Source: the human T2T-CHM13v2.0 reference genome, Homo sapiens
Direction: 5' to 3' (one strand)
Assembly: GCF_009914755.1 (NCBI RefSeq)
Contig: NC_060947.1
Length of the DNA: 64,000 bases
Shown: piece after piece, positions 46,463 through 63,046 of the stretch
Layout: the number at the start of each line of letters is the position of its first letter
Position numbering within the stretch: position 1 is the first letter of the stretch
The notes under the pieces: model-generated
What the model was told of the DNA's origin: nothing
What the model saw: the letters and a program-made list of their open reading frames with translations, nothing else
Databases searched by the model: none
Made by a program: the position numbers and the translations under genes

Positions 46463-47130
46463 TTTTTTAGCTTATATTTTAGGTTCAGAGGTACCTGTGA
46501 AGGTTTGTTACATAGGTGAACTTGTGTCATGATGGATTGCTGTACAGATTATTTCATCACTCAGGTACTAAGCCCAGCATTCAATAGTTACCTTTTCTGC
46601 TCCTCTCTGTCCTCCCAGCCTCCACCCTTAACTAGACTTCAGTATCTGTTGTTCCCTTCTTTGTGTTCATAGGTTATCATCATTTAGCTCCCACTTATAA
46701 GTGAGAACATCTGGTATTTGGCTTTCTGTTCCTGCATTAGTTTGCTAAGAATAATGGCCTTCAGCTCCATCCATGTTCCCACAAAAGACAAATCTCAATC
46801 TTTTTATGACTGCATAGTATTCCATGGTGTATATATGCCACACTTTCTTTATACAATTTGTCGTTGGTGGGCATTTAGGTTGACTCTATGTCTTTGCTAT
46901 TGTGAACAGTGCTGCAATAAACGTTTGTGTGCATGGGTCTTTATGGTAGAATGATTTATATTCCTCTGGGTATATACCCAGAAATGGGACTGGTAGGTCA
47001 AATGGTAGTTCTGCTTTTAGCTCTTTGAGGAATAAACATAGTACTTTCCACAATGGTTGAACTAATTTACACTTCTACCAACAGTATATAAGTGTTGCTT
47101 TTCTCTACAACCTTGCCAGCATCTGTTATT
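46463..47130 (-). mobile_element. 5'-truncated L1PA11-13-like 3' end
   Basis: GTGAAGGTTTGTTACATAGG...GTGTTCATAGGTTATCATCATTTAGCTCCC; TSD-like TCAAA(T/G)ACTTTT on both flanks. Confidence 0.88.
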
Positions 47131-47536
47131 TCAAAGACTTTTCTAAGCCATGGTAAGAAATTTTATTCTGAAGACAGTGGCAGGTGGTAGGCAGTTGGAG
47201 AGGAGAATTGAAGGATTTTAAAAAGAAGAGTGCTGTGATCAGATCTGCATTTTAGAAATATCACTGGTTACTTTGTACAAAATGTATGGGAGTGGAGGAA
47301 ACAGTTGTCAAGATTGGAGACACAGACACCAGTTACGGTCAAAGTAAGATGTGATCGTGGCCTAGTAGTAATAACTTAGTAGTAACAGAGGTGAAAAAAA
47401 TATATTTAAAATATAGAATTGACAGGTATGAGAGACTGTGTAAAGGGGTGCCCAGAATACAGTCTTAGTTCTCTGATTTGGATTACTGGGTGTTTGGTAA
47501 TACCACTCACTATGTCTGGGCATAATAAAAGGACAG

Positions 47537-47985
47537 TATTCACAATAGCAAAGACTTGGAACCAACCCAAATGTCCATCAGTGATAGACTGGATAAAGAA
47601 GATGTGGCACATATACACCATGGAATACCATACAGCCATAAAAAAGGATGAGTTCATGTCCTTTGCAGGGACATGGATGAAGCTGGAAACCATCATTCTC
47701 AGCAAACTATCACAAGAACAGAAAACCAAGCACTTCATATTCTCACTCATAAGTGGGAGTTGAACAATGAGAACACATGGACACAGGAAGGGGAACATCA
47801 CACACTGGGGTCTATCGGGGGGTGGGAGGGTAGGGGAGGGATAGCATTAGGAGAAATACCTAATGTAGTTGATGAGTTGCTGGGTGCAGCAAACCCCCAT
47901 GGCATGTGTATACCTATGTAACAAAACTGCACATTCTGCACATGTACCCCAGGACTTAAAGTGTATATATATATAAATATACATA
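47537..47985 (+). mobile_element. 5'-truncated L1PA7/8-like 3' end
   Basis: [18 protein letters not shown]...; GGAGAAATACCTAATGTAG. Confidence 0.9.
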
Positions 47986-48381
47986 AAAAGACAACAGTTT
48001 TGACCCTGTTTGGAGAACCTGTGTGTCATAAGGATGGAGAAATACAGTATGTAGGTGGAGACATACAGTAGGTCTGCAGCTTAGGAAAAAGGCCTTAGCT
48101 ATAAATACTGACCTAGAAGATATCATCATAGAAATGGTAGTTAAAACTATGGGAGTAAATAACTCTCAAATCTCTGCTTTTGGCCAAGACTTTTTTTCTG
48201 GGCTCTAGACTAAGAATGAGCACATATTTTCAGTGGAGTGGTGGAGGACAGAAAGCAGACAGTGGTAGACTGGGAAGAGAGTGAGTGGTAAAAAACTGGA
48301 AGTAGTGTAGTCCACATTTTTAGAAGATTGAGTGTTAAGAGTCTCCAAAATAGTGTTATTCATGGAGAAAATTTATGATCA

Positions 48382-48786
<405 letters not shown>

Positions 48787-49034
48787 CTATGGGGGTTCAA
48801 AACGTTGAGAGCACGTTCAGAACTGCATTTGACAAAAGATCACTATGAGAACATGTGACAATTGAATTGGAGGTTGAATTAATTCATAAGTGTGTGCATT
48901 CTTCAAGGCTGGGGGGAAATCCCAAGGTTTCAGCTCTTAATGGAAGAAACAGAGCACACCAAAACACATTCCTACAAACCCATACCAGCCATGGAGTTGA
49001 ATGTAACCTCAGGTTATACTGAGCCTGTGGTTGA

Positions 49035-50148
49035 AATTGAGCAGGATACAAGATCAATATACAAAAATAAATTTTATTTCTATACACTAACAATGAAGAA
49101 TCCTGAAATGAAATTTAAAAATAGATTCATTTACAATGGTATCAAAATGAATTAACTACTTAGAAATAAATTTAACAAAAAAGCACAAAGCTACAAAGTA
49201 GAAAACATTGAAATAAATTAAGGAAAAAATAAAGTAAAATAAAATTGTTGAAATAAAGAAGACCTTAATAAATGAAAAGACATCCCATGTTTATGGATTA
49301 AAAGACTTAGTATTGTTAAGATGACAATACTACCCAAATTGACATACAGATACAATATGCAAGCCCTATGAAAATCCCCACTGCATTTTTTTGCAGTACA
49401 CTGTGATGCTAAAATTCATATGCAAATGCCAGAGTGCCAGAACAGCCAAAACAATCTTGAAAAAGAGGAACAAAAATGGAGGATGTATACATCACTACAA
49501 AGGATGTAATTAAGACAGTGAAGTACTTCAAAGCATGAGGTAGGCTGATTTCAAAAAAAGACAGTGAGGTGCTGATATAAGAATAGACATATTGATCAAT
49601 GGAGTAGAACTGAGAGTTCAAAAATAAACCCTCACATTTATTGTCAAGTGATTTTTTTACAAGGGTGCCAATAAAATCCAATGGGAACAAGATTTGTCTT
49701 CTCAAAAAAATCATCCTGGGACAACTGGATATCCATATACAAAATAATGAAACTGGACATCTACTTCACACAACATATAAAATTAACTAAAAACAGATCA
49801 AAAACCTAAATGTAAGGAGCTAAAACTATACAACTCTTAGAAGAAAACAAGTGCAAATCTTTGTGACCTTGGGATAAGCAATGGTTTCTTAGATATGACA
49901 CAAAAGGCATAACTGATAAAAGGAAAAATAAGTAGACTGGAAATGATCAAACTTTAAAATTTTGTGTTCAAAGGACATCACCAAGCAAGTAAAAAGAGAG
50001 TAAGAGAGTGAGAGAAAATGTTGGTAAGTCATATGTCTGCTAAAGGACTTGTATCGAGAATATATTGAAGAGCTCCTACAACTCAAAAGTAAAAGGACAA
50101 ATAACCCAATTAAATATTTGGCAAAGTATACGAATAGACATTTCTCTC
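49035..50148 (+). mobile_element. Old L1M ORF2 C-terminal fragment
   Basis: GCAGGATACAAGATCAATATACAAAAAT, GACATCCCATGTTTATGGATT, CTCTTAGAAGAAAACA, AATAGACATTTCTC. Confidence 0.78.
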
Positions 50149-50416
50149 ATTTTAATTTTTTTAATTTTAATTTTTAATTTTTCTGGGTACATAGTAGGTG
50201 TATATATGTATGGAGTATATGAGCTATTTTGATACATGCATGCAATGCATAATAATCACATCAATGTAAATGGGGTATACATCACTTCAAGAATTTACCT
50301 TTCTTTGTGTTACAAAAAAATCCTTTTAGTTATTAATACCCTTTTAGTTATTTTTAAAAGTACAATAAATGATTGTTGGCTGTAGTCACTCTGTTATGCT
50401 ACCAAATACTAGATCT

Positions 50417-50451
<35 letters not shown>

Positions 50452-51550
50452 TTTTACTTTATTATTATTGTACTTTAAGTTTTAGGGTACATGTGCACAA
50501 TGTGCAGGTTAGTTACATATGTATACATGTGCCATGCTGGTGTACTGCACCCATTAACTAGTCATTTAGCATTAGGTACATCTCCTAATGCTATCCCTCC
50601 CCCCTCCCCACACCCCACAACAGTCCCCAGAGTGTGATGTTCCCCTTCCTGTGTCCATGTGTTCTCATTGTTCAATTCCCACCTATGAGTGAGAACATGT
50701 GGTGTTTGGTTTTTTGTCCTTGCGATAGTTTACTGAGAATGATGATTTCCAATTTCATCCATGTCCCTACAAAGGATATGAGCTCATCATTTTTTATGGC
50801 TGCATAGTATTCCATGGTGTATATGTGCCACATTTTCTTAATCCAGTCTATCATTGTTGGACACCAAATACTAGATCTTATTCATTCTATCTAATTATAT
50901 TTTTGAACCCAATAAAAATCCCCACCCCTTGCCCCTGCCACTACTCTTCTCAGCCTCTGGTAGCCATCATTCTACTTTATATTACCATGAGTTCAAGTGT
51001 TTTAATTTTTAGCTCCCACAAATAAGTGAGAACATGTAAAATCTGGCTTTATGTGCCTGGCTTATTTTACTTAACATAATGTCCTCCGGTTTCGTCTGTG
51101 TTTTTGTGCATGACTGAATCTCATTCTTTTTAATGGCTAAATAGTATTCCATTGTGCATATGTACTATATTTTCTTTCTCTATTCTGTTGATGGACATTT
51201 AGGTTGCTTCCAAATCTTGGTTATTGTGAATATTGCTGCAATAGACTTGAGAATGCAGACGACTCTTGGATATCTTGATTTCCTTACTTTTGGGTATATA
51301 GCTAGCAGGGAGATGGCTGGATCCTATAGTACTTCTATTTTTAGTTTCTTGAGGAATCTCCAAACTGTTCTCCATAGTGGTTGTACTAATTTACATTCCC
51401 ACTAACAGTGTAGAGGGTTCCCTTTTCTCCATATCTTCGTCAGCATTTGCCTGTCTTTTGAACTAAAAAGCCATTTTAACTTGGGTGAGATGCTATAACA
51501 TTGTAGTTATGATATACATTTCTCTGATGGTCAATGATGTTGAGTACCTT
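50149..51550 (-). mobile_element. L1MA (MA2-4-like) 3' end, interrupted by L1PA3
   Basis: GGGTACATAGTAGGTGTATATATG...AATAATCACATCAATGTAAATGGGGTA. Confidence 0.85.
50418..50862 (-). mobile_element. 5'-truncated L1PA3-like 3' end with (TTTA)n tail and perfect 17-bp TSD
   Basis: TSD ACCAAATACTAGATCTT at 50401-50417 and 50863-50879. Confidence 0.95.
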
Positions 51551-52240
<690 letters not shown>

Positions 52241-53075
52241 TGCTAGCAAGGATGCGGAGAAAAGGGAACCCTCATACACTGTTGGTGGGAACGTAAATTA
52301 GTATATCACTACGGAGAACGCTTTGGAAGCTCCTCAAAAGACTGAAAGTAGAGCTACCATATGATCCAGCAATCCCACTGCTGGGTATATACCCTAAAGA
52401 AAGAAAAGCAGTATATGGAAGGGATAGCTGCATTCCCACATTTATTGTAGCAGTGTTTACAGTAGCCAAGATTTGGAAGCAACATAAGTGTCGGTCAACA
52501 GATGGAGAAAGCAAGTGTGGTACCTATACACAATGAAGTACGATTCAGCCATAAAAAGAATGAAATCCTGTCATTTGCAACAACATGCATGGAACTGGAT
52601 ATCATTATGTTAAGTGAAATAAACCAGGCACAGAAAGACAAACTTCACATGTTCTCATTCATTCATGAGAGCTAAAAATTAAAACACTTGAACTCATGGA
52701 GATAGAGTGTAGAATAAGGTTGCCAGAGGCTGAGTGTAGAATAAGGTTGCCAGAGGCTGTGAAGGGTAGTGGTTGGGGGATTGGACATGACTAATGGGTG
52801 TACAATTTAGTTAGACATATTGAATAAGATCTAATATTTGATAGCACAACACGGTGACTACAGTCAACAATAATTTATTGTGTATTTTAAAATAATTAAA
52901 AGATTATAACTTGAATGTTTGTAACACAAAGAAAGGATAAATGCTTGAGGTGATGGATACCCCATTTACCCTGATGTGATTATTACACGTTGTATGCCTG
53001 TATCAAAATATATCACTTACCCCATAAATATATACACCTACTATGTACCTACAGAAATTAAAAATTAAAAATGAA
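52241..53075 (+). mobile_element. L1MA (MA3-5-like) 3' end
   Basis: GGAGAAAAGGGAACCCTCATACACTGTTGG...TTGAGGTGATGGATACCCCATTTACCCTGATGTG; 27-bp tandem duplication at 52705-52758. Confidence 0.87.
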
Positions 53076-53324
53076 TAAGTATAAATGACCAGAAATCCCT
53101 CACTTTTTTTCACACCTCATTTTTAAAGTAATTCATATGTGTCCTCTCACTTGTTCCTCTCATCATTCTTTAGAGACAAAGGCTATTTACTTGTCTGTCT
53201 TCCCTTCCCCCAGAACTATAACATCTATGTCTTTTGTATCTCTGTGTCCAGATTCTTAACACATAGAAAGTGCTCAATAAAAAATGACATAAATAATTGA
53301 AGAAGTGACATCCCTTTATTGACA

Positions 53325-53500
53325 TACAATGAGCAGATATACCTTGCCAATCACTGGACTGAGCACTTCATACATATTATCTCATTTAGCATTCGTAACA
53401 GAAAACTATGAGGCAGACATTGTTATTATTAGTTCCACTTAAAAACTAAGGAACCTAAGGCTCCAATAGGTTAAAAAGTGTGAAGCTGGTACTGAAAACC
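53325..53500 (-). mobile_element. MIR
   Basis: GAGCACTTCATACATATTATCTCATTTAG...CTATGAGGCAGACATTGTTATT...AAGGAACCTAAGGCTC. Confidence 0.65.
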
Positions 53501-54416
53501 TGTCGGTATATGTGATCACCCAAGGAGAGCACATGGATATAAATTAAAGGGACTGATGCTAGAAACTTGACCATGATCCCCAGTCTTATTCCACTAAATT
53601 TTGTGTTCACTTACTCATCACTAATTCACAAAGGAATTTCTTTAAAATAAGAGGTGATACATGTATAGTAATTATATTTTCTGGTCTAAAAATTAGGACA
53701 TGTGGTATAAAAAAGTTTTTTTTAAATCTATTTATTTACATTAAAAGTTTTACACAGGCATAACATATCCAGGTAATACCATTAGCAATTTATTATATAT
53801 AATATTATATAATTAACATTTATTGAAAAAATGTTACATAAAATCAGTGCTGTCCCTATAAAAACTTAAAACATATGGTCTTTATTAGGTGTAGTGCCAA
53901 TGAAGAAATCTGTGAGGAACATGAGTCAGATTCTCTCAGGATTTAAATTCTCTGTAGTTGTAAAATGTGCACCTTTAGCAGATGCGTTCACTCTTTCTTG
54001 TCTACAGTACCTCAGGGTACTATTTAATGGTGTTAAATAGAACTCAAGGAAGGTGACTGCATTTTAATGCAGCTTCCAGCACGTTCACATAAATGTATAC
54101 TTGTGTGTGCTTTTGTGCATGTGTGTGTGCACTCATGCCTGTGTGTGGGGGTGACTTAGATCAGAAGTAGGGAAATGTTTTACTTAGAGATTTAAAATAC
54201 TTAATTTCATTACATTTCTATGCTTCTGGCAATAGAGAATTTAAACATAGTATAGGGGACTGTTAATTAACAATAATTTTAATTAATAGAGATTCTGGCT
54301 CTATTTTGCTGGCTTTTAAGGCCCAATTTTAAGATTGTATCGTGTGCCACTGTATACCCTGATCTATTGTAAGTTATGCTTTCAATGAGTTATTTTAACT
54401 CCATTTATATATACTT

Positions 54417-57364
54417 TCTTTTTTGAATTTTAATTTTAGGTTTAGGGGTACATGTGAAGGTTGGTTACATAGATAAATATGTGTCACGGGAGTTTGTTGT
54501 ACATATTATTACATCACCCAGGTATTAAACTCAGTACCCAAGAGTTATTTTTTCTGCTCCTCTCCCTCCTTCCACCCTCCCTTCTCAAGTAGATCCCAGT
54601 GTCTTCTGCTTCCTTCTTTGTGTTCATAAATTTTTATCATTGAACTCCCACTTATAAGTGAGAACATGCGGTATTTGGTTTTCTGTTCCTGTGTTAAGTT
54701 TGCTAAGGATGATAGCCTCCAGCTCCATCCATGTTCCACAAAAGAAATGACCTCGTTCTTTTATGGCTGTATAATATTCCATGGTGTATATGTACCACAT
54801 TTTCTTTATCCAGTCTGTCATTGATGGGCATTTAGGTTGATTCCATGTCTTCGCTATTGTGAACAGTGCTGCAATGAACATTTATGTACATGTGTCTTTA
54901 TGGTAGAATGCTTTATATTCCTCTGGCTATACACCCAGTAATGACATTGATGGGTTGAATGGTACTTCTGCTTTTAGCTTGTTGGGGAATCGCCACTACT
55001 TTCCACAATGGTTGAACTAATTTGCACTCCCACCACAGTGTATAAGGGTTCCCTTTTCTCCACAACCTCACCAGCATGTTATTTTTTGACTTTTTAATAA
55101 TAGCTATTCTGACTGGTGTGAGATGGTATCTCTTTTAATTTAAGTTCCCTATAGATGCTGGATATTAGACCTTTGTCAGATACATAGTTTGCAAATATTT
55201 TCTCCCATTCTGTAGGCTTACTCTGTTGATAGTTTATTTTGCTGTGCAGAAGCTTCAAAGTTTAATTATATCCCATTTGCCAATTTTTGCTTTTGTTGAA
55301 GTTGCTCTTGGTGTCTTTGAACGGTATTTCTGTCTTTACGTCTTTGGTAGAGTTTTGCTTGGTTATATGGCTTCCCTGTGTTTCCTCACAGTTGCAGCTC
55401 TGTTCCCTCTCAGTGCTCTGAAAGTGTGGGTTCCTCTCCCTCTTGAGTGCTGGCTATAGTTTGTGACTTGGCACTCCAATGCTAGGCACTGCAGCTCTGG
55501 GGCAATCTCAGTGTTTATGCTCCTTCCCCAGCTTAGAGGCAGCAGAGAAAGAAATCCTAGTGGGGATTGTGGCCAAGGGTCCTTCGCTTATTCCTAGAGG
55601 CTTCAATCCATAGCGATGCAGGTCAGCAATCACTTAGTGCAGTCAGCCCAAGATGGAGGGTTTGTGCTGTGGGCCCAAGCCAGGCATTCCCTTTCTGGTG
55701 ATGAGCCATGGAGGGTATGCGGGGCCTAAGGGAGATGGACTGGCCTCCTCTCCTTGGGTCAACTGCAGCTTGTTGGAGGGGTGGATAGGGCACTTAAGGT
55801 CTTTGCTCGTTCATTAGTCCAAGGGTGGCAAGGGCAGTTCCACTGTAGAGGCAGTGACCAAGTGGCTGTCAGTTGCCCCTGGGGCCTCTGTCCAGAGAGT
55901 TACTGATTTGGTACTGGCTCAGTAGCTCTGGTGGGGGGTGGCTGCAGGTCCAGGCCTGCAGGACCTGCCCAGTGAGGAGATACGGGAATGGGCACCCACG
56001 TAACAGTCTGGCCACCTTTCCATAGGGCTGCTGCGGTATGCTTGGGGCCTGTTCCAGTCCCTAGTCACCTCGGATTTTCCAGAACCTGGAGGTGTGTCAC
56101 CAGTGAAGCCTGCAAAATAGCAAAGATGGCAGCCCGTCCTTCCCTGTGGGAGCTTTGTCCCAGGGAGGTATGGACCTGTTGCTGGACCAAAGGCACCTTC
56201 AGGAAGCGGCTGGAGACCCCAGTTGAGAGGTCTCACCCAGTGAGGAAGAATGGGAAAGGCACCCACTTAAAAAAGCAGTCTGGCCACGTTTTGGTAGAGC
56301 AGCCATGCTGTGCTAGGGGTCCACTTCAGCCTCCTGTCACCTCACAGACTATGAAGGCCAAAGGCTGGAATGGCTAAGTCACCCAAAGAGCAAAGCACTT
56401 TGAAGGCCAAAGGCTGGAACGGCTAAGTCATCCAAACAGCAAAGATGGCATCCCACCCCTCTCTCTGGGAGTACCATCCCAGGGAGAATTCAGATCTCTG
56501 TCAGCTAGACAGCTCTAGTGGGGAAGGCTGGAGACCCCAGTTGGGAGATTCTGCCCAGCGAGGAGGATCAGGACCAGGTACCTGCTTAAAGCAGCAGTCT
56601 GGCCACATTTTGGTAGAGCAGCTGTGCTGTGCTGGAGGATCCCTTCTGCCCCGGGTCAGCTCAAACTCTCCAAAGCCTGAAGGCTGGAATGGCTAAGGTA
56701 CCTGAACAGCAAAGATGGCGGCCCGCCCCTTTCCACGGGAGCTCCTTCTTAGTGAGGTGCAATGCCGCCACTGGTAGCTGGCTGGAATTCCAAGCCAGTG
56801 GGTCTTATCTTGCGTAGTGCCGTGGAAGTGAGGCTTGTGGGCTGTTGCTGCTCAACCCCAAGGATTCAGCCTTTTTCCTAGGAGTATGTACAGGAGTGTA
56901 ACTTTTCACTTTGCCAAAGCTGCAGCTACTTTTGCTGGAATGCCTGAGTATCTAAGTCTTCAAAGGCCTCCATGCATGCCCGAGCAGCTGCTTTGCCAGG
57001 ACTCCATGTAGCTCTGTCTGTCAGACTGAAGACTGAAGGCTCTGGTGGAGTGGGTTCGCAAGGAGATCTCCTGACTTAAGGGTTGCAAAGATCTGTGGGA
57101 GAAGTGTAGTTTCCCAGGGTCGTTCATTCACTTACTGCTTCCCTCAGTGGGGGAGGATCCCCTGGCTCCCTGTTGCTCCCAGGTGGGTTGTTGTCCTGTC
57201 TTGCTTTTCTTCATTCTCTGTGCGTCAAGTTGTTTCCTTGATTAATCCCAATGTCAGTACCTGGATGTTTCAGTTGAAGGTGTTATATTTATCACTGCTT
57301 CTGTTCCTCTCCATGATAGCCACGCACACTAGCTGCTTCTAGTCAGCCATCTTGGCCACTCCTC
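54417..57364 (-). mobile_element. L1PA11/12-like element with both termini and TSD, lacking ORF1 and nearly all ORF2
   Basis: 3' end 54417-55319 abuts the 5'UTR 55320-57364 ending GTCAGCCATCTTGGCCACTCCTC; TSD CCATTTATATATACTT at 54401-54416 and 57365-57380. Confidence 0.88.
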
Positions 57365-58201
57365 CCATTTATATATACTTGCTATACATTTATGGCTTTT
57401 TTTAAAAATCCTGGATGTGAAACTTTTCTTTTCATTTCACAAGCCTATCTGGCATGCATTAAAGAGCATTGAGAAAGTTAAAATTCACTTCACAGCTGAT
57501 CCAGAAGAGCTCATAGGGTTCTGTGAGTCACTATGTTTTTGGATAAGGCTATTATTTGGAGCAAAGACAGGAAAAGAAACAATTCCTCTCTAATTGTTGG
57601 AGTAATCCTAGAGTAGGGGGTTGAAGACTAATTACCTCTTTGACTTTCTTTTATTTCCTTGACTCACTTATCCCCTGTGAATACGCACAGGGGTTATGTG
57701 ACCACTATTCATTCGCCAGATCTTAAATACCCAATGCTTAATTATCTTTAGTTCTGATCAAGAAGTGAGACTAAAGGAAATATGTATGTATTAAATCTTC
57801 AAACAAAAAAAAGTAATCCAATTTCCTTTTAGAACATTTTCTTCTACCAACCTTGGACTAAAGCTGATAATAGAAGCCAAATTGATTAGTTTGAGTAACA
57901 AATTGTGTTTCTTGTTCTTATTCTTCTTATGAGGGCACAAAGATAACAAAAGGCAGTTAGCCAGAAGGATGGAAAATTAAAGGATCCTGGATAGTGGATT
58001 GGTTCTGATTGAGAGTTCACTTTGCCTCATTTATTGCTGAGATTACTCATCATCTGTGCTTAGCATTATCTTGGATATTTCAAGAGACCATTAAAGTATA
58101 GGGTCACAGCATTGAGATTACAGACCCTATAGGAGAAGGAACCAATGTTATTCCTTTTGGTCTTTAGCATAAAAATGCACTCATCACTGTTCAGTAGATA
58201 T

Positions 58202-60145
58202 CATTCATTGATTCATTCAACAAAATTTATTGAATGCCTACTATATGCCTAAAACCGTTCTATACATTGGTGAAAGAGTGGTATCTCATATTGAGTCTTG
58301 TCCTCATAGTATTTACATTCAAGAAGGGAGAGAAGGAAGACAATAAACAAATAAGCAAGTAAATAAAATAATTTCAGATTGTGATAAATTCTATAAATAA
58401 AATAAAACAGGATGATGTAATAGTGACTTGGGAGTGGATAACATTAATTGGAAAAGTTAGGCAAGAGTTTGAAGAGATATTTGAATTGAGAATAAAGACT
58501 GAGGAAAACCCTTCTATATAAAAAGGGAAACAACTTTCTAAATAGAGAGAAGAACTACTACAAAAATCCTTAGGAAAAAATGGGCTTGATGTTTTCAAAG
58601 AAAGAAATTCAACATGGCTGAAATGTTGATAAGGTAGATGTGTCATGCTGGGCTTTGTAGGATACAGTAAGATATTTGGTTTTGTTGTCAGTTCAGTGGA
58701 AAGTCATACAGGAGCACTGCCTCTATGGTAATAATTCTAAATGTTGTAAAGAGGATGGTTTGGAAGGGGCCATGACTATAAGCAGGAAGAAGAGTCCAGA
58801 ATCTGATAGAAGTCTAAGAAAGAGATGATGCCTTGAACTACAGTGGTGACAATGGAGATAGAGAGAAGTGGGCTTCGAGGTCTGTTTTATAAATAGAACA
58901 AACAAAACTTGCTGACTGGCTGAACACGGGGCATGAAGGAAAGACAGAAATCAAGCATGACCATAAATATTTTGGTTTGAGTAACTAGATGGGTAAGGAA
59001 CATGGGAGGCAGAGCAGGTTTGAGGCTGGTGGTGAGAAAGGATAAAAAATTTTGGTTTTGACATGTTTAACTGGAGATGCCTATCAGAAATCCAAGTGGA
59101 AATAGTGAATAGACAGTTGGATATGTGAATATAGATCTCAGGAGACAAGCATGGGCTGAAAAATATAAACTTGTTATCAGGATATGGGTGCTATTTAAAG
59201 TCATGTTAATGGACTTACGGCCAGAGTATAGATTCAGAGGAAAAAAGAGCTTAGTAACAAGCCCTTAGATACTTCAACACTTAGAGGTCAGGTAGTGAAA
59301 AAGTAGCTGGGTTGGTAAAAGGAATTAGGGTAAATCAGAAATAGCAATAAGAGAAAAACCCAGAGAGTGTGGTGGCATACCAGAAAAGAGAAAGAAGAAA
59401 GTATTTCAAGAAATACAGAAAGGTCTACTGTATTAAGAAGTGCTACTGAGGGATCAAATCAGAGGAGGACAGAGCAATTACTATTAGATTTGGCAACATG
59501 GAGGTGGTTGATAACCTTGACAAAAGCACTTTCAGCAAAGAGGTGGGAACAGAAGCAAGCCTGAAATAAATTGAAAACTGAAAGAGTGGTGAAGGAGTGT
59601 TGAAAATTAGGGTAGACAACTTTCTTTGAGATGTTTTATAATGATAGGCAGCAGAAAAATGAGGCAGTGGCTAAGAGAAAATGTGGAATTAATGGTTTTT
59701 ATGGAATTCACATCTATATGTTAATAGAAATGATCCAATAGAAAAGAATAAAGTGTAAATGTAGGACAAAACGGAAATTATTGCATGAGTAAAGGCTCTG
59801 GGGAGGCAAGAAGAGGAGGAATCCTGAGAACATTTGGAAGGCTGTGTCTTTTATACAAGCAGAGAAAGTTTATTCACAGCAGAGTGTATTAATACAGAGG
59901 CAGATAGGTTGGTAAATTTGGTGGTGAGAAGATGAAATAGTTCTCTTCTGATTGTTTCTACTTTATTTGTGAAATAAGAAGTGAGGTTATCTGGGAATAA
60001 ACAACATGCAGAAGCTGGAGGTTTTAAGGGAGAGAAGATAGTGAAATATTTGTCTCAGAGAGTAGAAAAATAATTAATTAGGGAATTGTAGGATAGGCTG
60101 AGCAGTGCTGTTGAACTTCTGGAAATTCTTTATCATAAATTTTAA
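58202..60145 (-). mobile_element. Long L2 (L2a-like) element
   Basis: CATTCATTCAACAAAATTTATTGAATGCCTACTATATGCC 3' end; TTTGGTTTTGACATGTTTAACTGGAGATGCCTATCAGAAATCCAAGTGGA; GATTTGGCAACATGGAGGT. Confidence 0.85.
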
Positions 60146-60822
60146 AGCCTTCAATTCATCTGAGAAACCCAGATCTAGCCTTCCATTGTTCAGTGTACTC
60201 CTTGTTCTGAGCATTGCTTCCCTAGATACAGTCTTTATTCTGTAACAATTGGAAAAACTTCATTGGCATTAGGGAGGAGAATGAATAGTGCAACTCCTTT
60301 GCCTGTTACTTCAAATACACAGGGCTCCTACTCAGGCTGTTCCACATAGATTAGACGTACCTTCATATCTTCTTGTGCACAACATTTCTGATCTTTGGAA
60401 TGTTATCAGTGAGTCCCACAAACTTCTCTTCATTTAGTTACTTTTCCCAGCCTGCAGATGATGTTTTGCAATTTGATCATAAATTTAAATGGGAATCTGC
60501 TCACTTTCCTACACTTATGTCCTAATGAGCCCCCTTCACATGACTTCATATTTATACTTTGAAATTTGCAAGCTGAACCATGGCTTAATGGTGCATTGGA
60601 CACAACTGTCCCAGATTCTCACAGCATCCCCCTCACTGTGGCTGTGGAAAAATGGAATCCCTGATTGTGCCTATACAATACTCAAAAGGGTGTGTCAAAG
60701 GTTTTTGAAATAAGACATGGAAGTTAAATTTCTTTTGATGAAGAAAGTGGAAGTCACATTGACTATGTTTCTGGAGAACATGGGGAGGCTCAGCTTTGGG
60801 TCCGCCAATTGTGACTTCAAAG

Positions 60823-63046
<2,224 letters not shown>

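Noticed and set aside
55919-56817. Cluster of 62-129 aa ORFs
   Set aside because: All within the GC-rich L1PA11/12 5'UTR, where stops are naturally sparse
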